Of a stretch of DNA of 64,000 bases, positions 28,388 through 36,767 are shown in pieces. The stretch lies in the IMG/VR virus record IMGVR_UViG_3300021197_001546; one strand, given 5' to 3'. A model generated the notes under the pieces. That model was not told the DNA's origin. It saw only the letters and a list, made by a program, of their open reading frames with translations, and did not search any database. Each line of letters starts with the position of its first letter. The first letter of the stretch is position 1. A program made the position numbers and the translations under genes. The stretch comes from an uncultured virus (IMG/VR IMGVR_UViG_3300021197_001546) (Duplodnaviria; Heunggongvirae; Uroviricota; Caudoviricetes).

Positions 28388-28538
28388 CCAATCCAGACAA
28401 TTTCGGAGGAGGAAGGAGCGTCCTTCCTCCAGTTTCGACGATCCCTCTTGGGATCACGATCCTTCGACGACCAAGTCTTGGCTCTGTTGTTGGGTCGAGC
28501 CTTATCACCACGCCATCCAGTCTTCTGCTTTCTCTGCA

Positions 28539-28721
28539 TCACTTCTTCTTTCTATCCAACACCTTGTTGATCTGGTTGAACCAGTGGTTCGTGAAATATA
28601 GTGTACCAAACATGGCACCAACAATAAGAAACGGAACGATTTCGGACATGAGAGCATCCTTTGCCATATCGGCGAGAAGTGAATCTATCATTGGATCAAT
28701 CCTTGGGATTGGAATTATCAA
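28539..28721 (-). CDS. Small single-TM protein
   Basis: IVPFLIVGAMFGTLYF followed by a basic tail. Confidence 0.5.
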   Translation of the reverse strand: MIIPIPRIDPMIDSLLADMAKDALMSEIVPFLIVGAMFGTLYFTNHWFNQINKVLDRKKK

Positions 28722-28992
28722 GAAATTCCTGAAGAAACTTGGCGTGCTGACTGGCGTTCGATCGGAATTCTCGATCCGCCCAGAGATCGAAGTAGTCCAC
28801 CTTGTCCTTGAGGAGTCGAAACACCATCGTTTCGGTCGTCTGTTCGTTCTCTACACTCGACACGCGGAAGTGATGATCTCCAACGCGCCAGTTACTAGCG
28901 AACCGAGCGCCGCGGAGCGGTCCTTCAGGCGCCTTGTCATCGTGAACAACGCCGGCGAATTTCACCATCTTGCTGGTATCAACCATTTTCAT
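28696..28992 (-). CDS. Hypothetical protein
   Basis: GAGG RBS before ATG 28992 (MKMVDTSK...). Confidence 0.55.
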   Translation of the reverse strand: MKMVDTSKMVKFAGVVHDDKAPEGPLRGARFASNWRVGDHHFRVSSVENEQTTETMVFRLLKDKVDYFDLWADREFRSNASQHAKFLQEFLDNSNPKD

Positions 28993-28996
28993 TTCC

Positions 28997-29239
28997 TCAA
29001 AAGGGGCAGTCATCGAGATCCAGTTCCATGTCGTCCAGCACGCCAGGAGCGAACGCATCCATAGACTGTTCCTCGATCGGAAGATTACGGTATTCCTCGT
29101 CGGAAAGTTCACCGTCCCAATCATCGCTCCATCGACCGACGCCATCTTCGTCCACAATCCAGTGGGCGATGTCCTGATCAGCCCGCGAATCGGCGTCGAG
29201 AATGTCTGCGTTGTAGTCATCGGGGTTGTAGAATTGCAT
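28997..29239 (-). CDS. Acidic hypothetical protein
   Basis: MQFYNPDDYNADILDADS... Confidence 0.55.
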   Translation of the reverse strand: MQFYNPDDYNADILDADSRADQDIAHWIVDEDGVGRWSDDWDGELSDEEYRNLPIEEQSMDAFAPGVLDDMELDLDDCPF

Positions 29240-29243
29240 CAGT

Positions 29244-29543
29244 TCACCATCCTTCGTTGGAGTCGTGGCGGGACACAGCGTCCCAAGTCGGTTCGATCGG
29301 ATCCCATCCGCCGTCGTAGTCGTCGTCGTTCGATTCGGTGGAATCGTACTTCTTCTGCTCACGCATCACGCAGTCGTCGAGGTAGTCGCCGAGTTGCGCC
29401 TTAGTGTAGATTCCGTACTCCGCCCAGTGATCGAGATCATCGGTGAGGAGGAAACCACCCTTGGCATCGGCGTTGATCGTCTTGATGTAGTGACGGAGAT
29501 CGATGGCATCGGCAGCGGTTTGGTTCTTGGATCGGTCGTTCAT
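29244..29543 (-). CDS. Hypothetical early protein
   Basis: GGAGG RBS; LTDDLDHWAEYGIYTKAQL. Confidence 0.6.
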   Translation of the reverse strand: MNDRSKNQTAADAIDLRHYIKTINADAKGGFLLTDDLDHWAEYGIYTKAQLGDYLDDCVMREQKKYDSTESNDDDYDGGWDPIEPTWDAVSRHDSNEGW

Positions 29544-29544
29544 A

Positions 29545-29772
29545 TCAGTTGTCCTCCACGAAGACACCGCGAGCGGTGCAGAAATCTTCCCAGTTCTCAT
29601 AGGTGATGGTGGAATCGGGATTGATGCAGATGGTCCGAGCAGCGGATTCACTGATCATCGCTTCGGAACCATCGTCGGTGTTGACGATGACGAAGACGCG
29701 ATTCCCGTCGTCGTCGCAGACGCAGACTTCGAGCCAAGAAGAGACCCAGTAGTTGTTGACGATATTGTCCAT
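29545..29772 (-). CDS. Hypothetical early protein
   Basis: First ORF after the 29826-29853 promoter. Confidence 0.55.
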   Translation of the reverse strand: MDNIVNNYWVSSWLEVCVCDDDGNRVFVIVNTDDGSEAMISESAARTICINPDSTITYENWEDFCTARGVFVEDN

Positions 29773-29825
29773 GTTCGGTTTCCGTTAGGACTCAGAGGAT
29801 TGGGGAGACTTTCTCCCACAGGTAT

Positions 29826-29898
29826 ATTATACCATACTCCAGCAGGAAGTCAACCCACTAGAACAATATATCCCAAATTGTGGATCAATTGTGGATAA
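29826..29898 (-). promoter_or_regulatory. Sigma70-like promoter with upstream tandem DnaA-box-like sites
   Basis: TTGACT-N16-TATAAT; TTATCCACA (29890-29898) and TGATCCACA (29879-29887) on the minus strand. Confidence 0.75.
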
Positions 29899-30305
29899 CT
29901 TTTATTGGTTATTGGACTAAAATCAAGGGTTTTCCCTTGACACCCATTATAGGACCTATGAACCTCCTCCGAAGTTCTCTGGGCCCATCCGCCATCCAGG
30001 TCCGCTTCGAGAACCAGAATTTGATTCCGGTCCGCCCGATTTTTCATCATCATCGGCGTCATTCTTCGTCTGCCGTACTGGCACTCGATAACGACATTCC
30101 TGCCCAAATCCATTCACGCCAGTCTCCCACTTCCACTTTCGATCCTTTGCGATCTTCGTGCGAAGTGCCTTTAGCAGTTTAATGGAATCTTCATGGCCAG
30201 TAATGACCACATCAATCTGTTCTACAATATCGTGAGGATCAGTCATTCTTCTTCTCAGTTTCCTTTTCATCGCGGTCACGCGCCACGTCGCCGCTTTCGT
30301 ATCGA

Positions 30306-30710
30306 TCAGACATTGCCGCATCTCCAGTATTCATCGGCCAGTTCGTATTGCAGTTGAGTCGCTTCACGTTCGCCTTCGCCCTTCCAGTGTCCGCGTTCCC
30401 ACTGCCACAAGTGTACGCATTCGTGGAACACCGTAGCGAGCATATCGCGTACCGACTGATCGATTGCCACATCGATCACATAATCCACATCGTCGCTATG
30501 ATCCCACTCGTAGCACAAACCGTAGCAGCCCATCTGCTTGTACGTTTTTGCATTCACGGTAATGCCTACCTTCTGAACATTTAGGTCCAATCGGTTACCA
30601 TTCCACTGCATGTTGAATCGTGCGAGAAACCAACACACAGCATCGTGCATCATCTCGGACTGTTCATTGGAACAATTGGAAGGGAATCCGACTTCATACT
30701 TCTTCTTCAT
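30306..30710 (-). CDS. HExxH zinc metallopeptidase-like protein
   Basis: MLATVFHECVHLWQW...EREA. Confidence 0.75.
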   Translation of the reverse strand: MKKKYEVGFPSNCSNEQSEMMHDAVCWFLARFNMQWNGNRLDLNVQKVGITVNAKTYKQMGCYGLCYEWDHSDDVDYVIDVAIDQSVRDMLATVFHECVHLWQWERGHWKGEGEREATQLQYELADEYWRCGNV

Positions 30711-30972
30711 GAATCCTCCCGAATGTCTATAACTACAGGGGTTTCGTAGTTGAATTCATCAGACGACTTGTAGAAGTTATACAGGGCATCACCGATAGCA
30801 ACGCCATCGCCACTCCAAGTGTAGGTTTCAGATGGATCCGAATCCATCTCGTATATGACCGTGTAGTTCTTCATTCACTTATCTCGACGAATGGACCAGA
30901 GAATGCAGACAGTGAACACCAAACAACACACGGTGACGGTATTGAGAATGAGAGAGATACTATCAGAATTCA

Positions 30973-31140
30973 TCATCGCTTCTTACTCTCCTTCTCAATA
31001 CGGCGAGAGATCTTCGCCCGCTGCTTCTCAGCACGCAGGTTGTGAGAGTCCAGATGAGCCAGTTGCTCAGTGGGGGAGAGGTCTGCCCAGTGGGCGTTAC
31101 GTTCTTCGGCTTCTTGCCGCTTGATTGACTTACTCTTCAT
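30973..31140 (-). CDS. Small basic hypothetical protein (55 aa)
   Basis: AAGGA RBS; MKSKSIKRQEAEERNAHWADLSPTEQLAHLD. Confidence 0.55.
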   Translation of the reverse strand: MKSKSIKRQEAEERNAHWADLSPTEQLAHLDSHNLRAEKQRAKISRRIEKESKKR

Positions 31141-31172
31141 GGAATGATCCTTTCATCAGAGAGTGTCTTTTT

Positions 31173-31350
31173 AGGAGTCCCGTAGTAGGAGTCCCGTGGA
31201 TGTTTTTTTAGGGGTCCCTTATGGGAGTCCCTTGCGAGATTCAGATTGTATCAGATTAGGAGTCCCGTGTCTAGGAGTCCCTAGACGAAAAACCTAAAAA
31301 GATGTTTTTTAGAGACTCGGTGCTAGCAACGTGGGCCCCATAGGGGTCCC
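31173..31350 (+). repeat. Seven co-oriented RGGRGTCCC repeats in a non-coding gap
   Basis: Copies start at 31173, 31187, 31210, 31223, 31258, 31273 and 31342. Confidence 0.85.
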
Positions 31351-31378
31351 AAGTCGCTGGCACTGTTGCCTGACGCTA

Positions 31379-31771
31379 TTAGGCGAGGATTGACTCTACC
31401 ATCGGGACATTCTCCTCGGGAATATCACTATCGGCTTGGGCTTCCAGATGTCGAAGTTCCTGACGATGCGCCTCTACCATCTCTTCTTCGAGTCCGTCTC
31501 GATAGTTACGATACGCGGCGAGTTCTGGCACGCGGTAGGTGCCACGCTTCACAGCACGGGAAATGTCCTTCACGATCCATGCAGGCGCCCATGCGATGCC
31601 GTTGTCGTTAGCGATCTTCTTCAGGGCGCCCCGCGTCATCTCGTATGCGTCCGTGCCGCATTCACGGTCAAGAATGTGAATGAATTCTTGCTGCTTCTTC
31701 TTGAGAACAGTGTACAGGGCGGGATCGACGTTGGTGAGATCGGTGGTCATGGTGTTGCTTTCAGTGTTCAT
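31379..31771 (-). CDS. Hypothetical protein resembling the N-terminal domain of the nearby AAA ATPase
   Basis: LKKKQQEFI...IANDNGIAWAPAWIVKD...RGTYRVPEL. Confidence 0.65.
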   Translation of the reverse strand: MNTESNTMTTDLTNVDPALYTVLKKKQQEFIHILDRECGTDAYEMTRGALKKIANDNGIAWAPAWIVKDISRAVKRGTYRVPELAAYRNYRDGLEEEMVEAHRQELRHLEAQADSDIPEENVPMVESILA

Positions 31772-31781
31772 GGTGTTGCTT

Positions 31782-32045
31782 TCAGTCTGATTCGAGGGCG
31801 GCAGTGATATCAGCAGCCCAGTGTGTGAATTCGTCAATGATTTCTTCTTCGTCTTCGCTGAGATGGGATTCTCCCACCATATCCAGCAGTCGCATGTTCA
31901 TCCCTATCTGCACCATCTGTAGGGCAGCGTCGATGACTCGATCCTTCAGTCGTTGTACCTCGGGATCATCGCAGTCGATGGTTTCCATCATCTTCCACAT
32001 GGTATTCAACTGGTCGGAGATTTCGGCAGTGTTATCTACTTTCAC
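31782..32045 (-). CDS. Hypothetical protein
   Basis: GTGA-coupled ORF. Confidence 0.55.
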   Translation of the reverse strand: MKVDNTAEISDQLNTMWKMMETIDCDDPEVQRLKDRVIDAALQMVQIGMNMRLLDMVGESHLSEDEEEIIDEFTHWAADITAALESD

Positions 32046-32183
32046 AGTGCGAAGTCCTCGCCGTAGACATCGATCACCTCGTAGGTGTCAAAGTCGCCAG
32101 GAATGCCATCGTAGTTTTCTTCGATGGTTGGATCCAGAGTAGGATCAATGGTCGGATCGTGTGGCATTGACATAGTTACGCTT

Positions 32184-33536
32184 TCAGCCTCGCGGCATCG
32201 GAGTGTAGGTGTTCCAGTAGTCTCGGTCACGCGACCAGACATCGACGGTGATCGTCCACTTGCGAGCGTTCTCGTCCCAGCGGGCGCCACGAACCTTGAC
32301 TTCGTCCTTCTGGGAGTAAGTCGTGGAGAGATCGAGAATCGCATCGTCGTCGAGATCCTCGATATTGACGGTCGTATCGATGGTATCGTCCATCTTCGCG
32401 TAGAAGTCGCGGAATGCAGTGGCAGTCTCGTCATCGAAGCGAGCGAGCGCCATGTTGATTGCGGTTTCTCGATCCTTGAAGATGGCAAAAGCCTTGCAGA
32501 TGTTTTCCAATCGACGGGTCGTGATGATCTCATCGACGATCTCATCGCGGAATGCCTTGCGAATGGTATCCGCCCAGTCGGTGAGCATCTTCGCAAAGTC
32601 GGTATCGACATTGCCGAATGCCTTCATCTTCTTGATGAGAATCTTCTTCTCAGTACCCTTCGGAGCGTACTCCTGCTCGAGAGTCCAGTCGAATCGGTCG
32701 AGCATCGCTTCGTTCATGATGTTCGTACCAGCGAACCTACCATCATCGGAACCCTTGCCCTTCGTGTTCGCAGTGGCGAAGATGGTAAAACCATCGGCAG
32801 GAGTGACGAATTCGTTGATCTTCTTAAGGAAGACACCCTTACCTTCGAGAACCGACTGGAGACACATCATCAGATGCGTACCGAGATCGATCTCGTCGAT
32901 CAGGAGAACCGCGCCACGTCGCATCGCAGCGACAACGGGTCCATCCTGCCAGACGGTTTCGCCGTTGATGAGTCGGAATCCACCGAGCAGATCGTCTTCG
33001 TCCGTGGCGCTGGTGATGTTGACACGGAAGCATTCTCGCTTCAGTCTCGCACATGCTTGCATGATCATCGTGGTCTTGCCGTTACCCGACAATCCCGTAA
33101 CGTACATCGGAGCGAACATCCCGCTCTTGATCACGGTTTCGACGGTATCGTGGTTTCCCCACGGAACATACGTCTTCAGGGTATCAGGAATGAGGGTAGC
33201 AGCACCCGCAGTCATACCACGAATCGCGGAAAGTTCTGCCACGGGAGCAGGATTACCCTTCGGAGCAGAAGTCGCGGCAGGAACGGTCTTGTCACGTTCC
33301 ATAGCACGGTCGAATGCTTCTGCATTCTGTTCACCGATGGTATCGTTGAGTCCTGGCACGATGAACATACCACGTTCGTCGGTTCGACACTCGGAATTCT
33401 GCACGATCCACGCGGGAGCGTACTTCATACCGAGATCGTTAGCGACTGCGACGAGGTCGCTTCGCTTCGCAGGGCTGGAGAGTCCAGCAGCACGACACGC
33501 ATCGACGAATTTTTGGTTCTTGGAAGAAAGTTTCAA
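32184..33536 (-). CDS. MoxR/CbbQ-type (phage 'CobS'-like) AAA+ ATPase with a C-terminal DUF5710-like domain
   Basis: Walker A GLSGNGKT, Walker B LLIDEID, ATANTKGKGSDDGRF, NEAMLDRF, ITTRRL. Start set at TTG 33536 because it must lie downstream of the 33592-33619 promoter. Confidence 0.9.
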   Translation of the reverse strand: MKLSSKNQKFVDACRAAGLSSPAKRSDLVAVANDLGMKYAPAWIVQNSECRTDERGMFIVPGLNDTIGEQNAEAFDRAMERDKTVPAATSAPKGNPAPVAELSAIRGMTAGAATLIPDTLKTYVPWGNHDTVETVIKSGMFAPMYVTGLSGNGKTTMIMQACARLKRECFRVNITSATDEDDLLGGFRLINGETVWQDGPVVAAMRRGAVLLIDEIDLGTHLMMCLQSVLEGKGVFLKKINEFVTPADGFTIFATANTKGKGSDDGRFAGTNIMNEAMLDRFDWTLEQEYAPKGTEKKILIKKMKAFGNVDTDFAKMLTDWADTIRKAFRDEIVDEIITTRRLENICKAFAIFKDRETAINMALARFDDETATAFRDFYAKMDDTIDTTVNIEDLDDDAILDLSTTYSQKDEVKVRGARWDENARKWTITVDVWSRDRDYWNTYTPMPRG

Positions 33537-33591
33537 GGAGGGTTTCCTGTTAGGGTTCTGTTTTTCGCGGTTTCCTTCCCGCGACAAGTCA

Positions 33592-33619
33592 ATTATACCA
33601 CAATCCAGCCCCAAGGCAA
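33592..33619 (-). promoter_or_regulatory. Sigma70-like promoter for the AAA ATPase
   Basis: TTGCCT-N16-TATAAT. Confidence 0.7.
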
Positions 33620-33848
33620 CCCATTCATGCGATATAAGCCCAAATTGGTGAGAAATATGACGTAAGTACCTGTCAGATAGGGGTTTAGCGTCCGAAAAAG
33701 AGTTTTCCACAAGGATATCGGACGTTTCGAGCGACGAGTATAGAAGGAACGCGCCCGCACGCACGCGAATACCATAAAAAATGCCTCTTGTCAACCGAAT
33801 TTCGCCGAAAACGAGAAAAATACTCGATTTTTGACCAATTTTCTGGAG

Positions 33849-33921
33849 TTATCCACAAATTATCCACATTTACAGGAATATTCCCTAAATGGGTTGCCTT
33901 GAGCGTGGAATATGCTATAAT
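33849..33921 (+). promoter_or_regulatory. Tandem DnaA boxes plus sigma70-like promoter
   Basis: TTATCCACA at 33849 and 33860; TTGCCT-N16-TATAAT at 33894-33921. Confidence 0.8.
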
Positions 33922-33927
33922 ATACGC

Positions 33928-36057
33928 ATGAGCAACACGAAAACCGCATCCAAGTCGATTCTCGCTCGTCTCCTTGCGAGCGAAGATCTCTCCGTCGTCC
34001 ACGATCCGTCTGCACAGACTGCATCCTTCGATCTGAAGGATAGAACGCTTCGTCTGCCCGTGTGGCAGGAGATGTCGAACAGTCTGTACGATATGCTCGT
34101 CGGTCACGAAGTCGCTCATGCCCTCTACACTCCAGGCGAAGACTGGCAGACCGAGATCGAAACGCTTGCATCCATGCATGGCGTACCGTATCGCATCGCA
34201 CAGATGTATGTGAACGTCATCGAAGACGCTCGTATCGAGCGTATGATCAAGTCGAAGTTCCCCGGACTCCGTCGAGACTTCCTCAATGCGTATGTGGACC
34301 TCATGAACCGCGATCTCTTCGACCTCGACGGTCGATCGATTCGAGACCTTCCGCTCATCGACCGATTGAACCTCGAATTCAAGGTTGGATTGCATGCGGG
34401 CGAAGCGATTCCTTTCTCCTCGACCGAATGCGTCTGGGTGAAGCGTATCGAAAACGCGACCGAGTGGTCCGACGTTCTCGAAATCGCTCATGATCTTCTC
34501 TCTAGCATCATCGCCGAGAACGAGGAACAGCAGGACGAAGAATCCGACGAAGTCGGCGAGGAATCGGGAGAGAGTAGCGACTCGGAGTCGGACCAGCAGC
34601 AACGCGGCGATTCGACCGATGAAGAATCCGACGAATCGGGTTCCACTGGTGGTTCCGACTCCGAGGGCGACGACGATTCCGACGCTAGTGGTAGTGGTGA
34701 CGAATCCTCCTCCGAGACTGGCGACGACGATAGTACTTCCGAGGATGTCCAGCAGGGTACGAACGTACCCGAATCCATCACGCAGGACGCATTCTCCAAG
34801 GTTTCCGACTCTCTTCGAGAAGAGGGTAGCGGATACTATGAACCGCGAGAAATCGTTCTCGATCCGATCGATATGGATTGGAACATCGTGGATTATAAGA
34901 CCTGCCACCGTCTTCTCTCCAGCCACTGGGCATCGATTGCGGACAACGGCAAGAGGGTTTCCGATACTCTCTGCCAGGATGTCGTTCGCAAGTCGAAGCC
35001 GACCGTCAATACGCTGGTGAAGCAATTCGAGATGAAGAAGCAGGCAGACCAGCATAAGCGAGTCCAGATCTCGAAGTCGGGTGTTCTCGATACCGTGAAG
35101 ATGATGAACTACAAGTGGTCCGAGGATGTTTTCCGCAAGAATACCACGGTTCGTGAGGGTAAGAACCACGGACTCGTCATGTTCCTCGACTGGTCTGGTA
35201 GCATGTGCAACCAGATCACCGAGACGATGGAACAGTTGATTCAACTGGTTCTCTTCTGCAAGAAGGTCAACATTCCGTTCGAAGTGTACGCTTTCACCAG
35301 CGCCTCCCCGATGTCATTCGGGAAGGAAGAACGAAACGTATGGGATGACGAAAACCACGATTTCACGCTGCTGAATCTCTTCTCCAGCCGCATGAACAAG
35401 CGAGAATTCCAAGAGTCGCTGCTCAACAACTATGCCCTTGCCCACTCACAGGCATGGGACACTGCTTGTACCCCGAGCGTCCACCGTGCATTCGGTCTCG
35501 GTGGTACTCCTCTGAACGAAGCGATTCTGGGTGCTATCAGCATCGTCCCGAAGTTCAAGAAGGAAAACAATGTCCAGATTGTGAACACTGTTTTTCTCAC
35601 GGACGGATGCGGCAACGGTATGCATATGCCCATGAACGGTACGCTGAAGATCAAGGGTGACCGCATCGGTGTCAAGGTGACGAAGGACGCTACCAACATG
35701 CTGACCGAACTGCTCCGCGAGCGTACGGGAAGTAAGATTGTGAACTTCTTTCTCACCGACTGGACTCCTGCCAAGTTGACCCGCCACGGTAGTGGATACT
35801 TCAACTACGACGATCGTCTCGTCGAAGAGGGTGTCAAGACTTGGAAGAAGCATAACTACGCTATCGCCACGAACGATCGACAGGGATGGGATGAACAGTA
35901 CCTCGTCCGTGTCACGAGCGTGAACAACGACGGCGTGATGACTAACGTCGCCGATGACGCTACCGCTGCCAAGAAGAAGAATGCTTTTCTCAAGAGCATG
36001 GGAGCGAAGATGACCAGCCGAGTTGTCCTCGGACGGTTCATCGACCAGATTGCCTGA
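33928..36057 (+). CDS. Peptidase-like/vWA domain protein (CobT-like partner of the AAA ATPase)
   Basis: LVGHEVAHALYT, NVIEDARIE, acidic linker, MIDAS DWSGSM...GGTPLNEA...FLTDG; ATG 6 nt after the -10 box. Confidence 0.9.
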   Translation: MSNTKTASKSILARLLASEDLSVVHDPSAQTASFDLKDRTLRLPVWQEMSNSLYDMLVGHEVAHALYTPGEDWQTEIETLASMHGVPYRIAQMYVNVIEDARIERMIKSKFPGLRRDFLNAYVDLMNRDLFDLDGRSIRDLPLIDRLNLEFKVGLHAGEAIPFSSTECVWVKRIENATEWSDVLEIAHDLLSSIIAENEEQQDEESDEVGEESGESSDSESDQQQRGDSTDEESDESGSTGGSDSEGDDDSDASGSGDESSSETGDDDSTSEDVQQGTNVPESITQDAFSKVSDSLREEGSGYYEPREIVLDPIDMDWNIVDYKTCHRLLSSHWASIADNGKRVSDTLCQDVVRKSKPTVNTLVKQFEMKKQADQHKRVQISKSGVLDTVKMMNYKWSEDVFRKNTTVREGKNHGLVMFLDWSGSMCNQITETMEQLIQLVLFCKKVNIPFEVYAFTSASPMSFGKEERNVWDDENHDFTLLNLFSSRMNKREFQESLLNNYALAHSQAWDTACTPSVHRAFGLGGTPLNEAILGAISIVPKFKKENNVQIVNTVFLTDGCGNGMHMPMNGTLKIKGDRIGVKVTKDATNMLTELLRERTGSKIVNFFLTDWTPAKLTRHGSGYFNYDDRLVEEGVKTWKKHNYAIATNDRQGWDEQYLVRVTSVNNDGVMTNVADDATAAKKKNAFLKSMGAKMTSRVVLGRFIDQIA

Positions 36058-36080
36058 TCCGCTCATAATCAGGTGATTGG

Positions 36081-36105
36081 AACCCCTTAGAAATAAGGGG
36101 TTTTT
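36081..36105 (+). terminator. Intrinsic terminator
   Basis: aacccctta-gaaa-taaggggttttt. Confidence 0.8.
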
Positions 36106-36107
36106 CA

Positions 36108-36115
36108 TATAAATA
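36108..36115 (+). promoter_or_regulatory. T4-type late promoter
   Basis: TATAAATA 17 nt before ATG 36133. Confidence 0.75.
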
Positions 36116-36132
36116 GTGTAGGGAGATACACC

Positions 36133-36429
36133 ATGAAGAAAGTAAACGTTGAAACCTACCCAGTAGTAGAAGTTGTTTGGGTAGACGCCGTTGAAGAGGG
36201 TGGCATTGGATGGAATGACTTGGCTGGCATGCTGAGAGAGGCGAAGAAGGCGTGTCCAGTGATGAACACAGTAGGGTACTTAGTCCACAAGGGTGACGAT
36301 CACATTGCCATACTCAGCACTATAGGCACAGATGATTGCAGCACGCTAGAGAAGATCCCCAGTGGTTTCCTCCGCTCCATCACCGTCCTCCGCGAACCCA
36401 AACCATCAAAAGGCACAAAACGCATTTAG
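36133..36429 (+). CDS. Conserved phage hypothetical protein
   Basis: VEVVWVDA...GW...TVGYL...IP pattern; GGAG RBS. Confidence 0.7.
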   Translation: MKKVNVETYPVVEVVWVDAVEEGGIGWNDLAGMLREAKKACPVMNTVGYLVHKGDDHIAILSTIGTDDCSTLEKIPSGFLRSITVLREPKPSKGTKRI

Positions 36430-36659
36430 CCCTTTTATTATACCTTTATTTAATACCCCATTTTTACCCACGTTCCCCCACAAATCACCACAATCCTCCC
36501 TAAATAGCCTAAAACGAGGATTCGTCCCATCGGAATAGGTGGCGTCAGTGTTTTTGATAACACTCCCCATGCCCTCTCTGTGCCCTCATACAGAACCTAT
36601 TTCGGTGGGTTTTTTATTGAAAAAATCTCAAAAAAACCTCTAAAAAGACTCCCTATGGG

Positions 36660-36687
36660 TTGACATATCCTCTCGTTATGGTATAAT
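36660..36687 (+). promoter_or_regulatory. Sigma70-like promoter
   Basis: TTGACA-N16-TATAAT with a TG extension. Confidence 0.8.
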
Positions 36688-36767
36688 AGACGCATGGACA
36701 TGAGGACAGCGATTCCCCAACGGTTGGTGGTTTCTCTTCCCTAGTCCTAACTCATAAGGGGTCTATC

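Noticed and set aside
31173..31350. GGAGTCCC repeats as a mini-CRISPR
   Set aside because: Only 9 bp long, irregular spacing, no cas genes in the window
32184..33536. Cobalamin biosynthesis (cobS) auxiliary metabolic gene
   Set aside because: Generic MoxR-type AAA+/vWA pair; no other cobalamin genes in the window
32124..33665. Long antisense ORFs (513 and 410 aa) over the AAA ATPase
   Set aside because: Expected by-product of biased codon usage; no motifs or RBS
33537..33794. N-terminal extension of the 536-aa ATPase ORF
   Set aside because: Spans the gene's own promoter; TTG at 33536 is the more plausible start
33685..35244. 519-aa antisense ORF over the vWA gene
   Set aside because: Shadow ORF that also runs through the promoter/DnaA-box spacer
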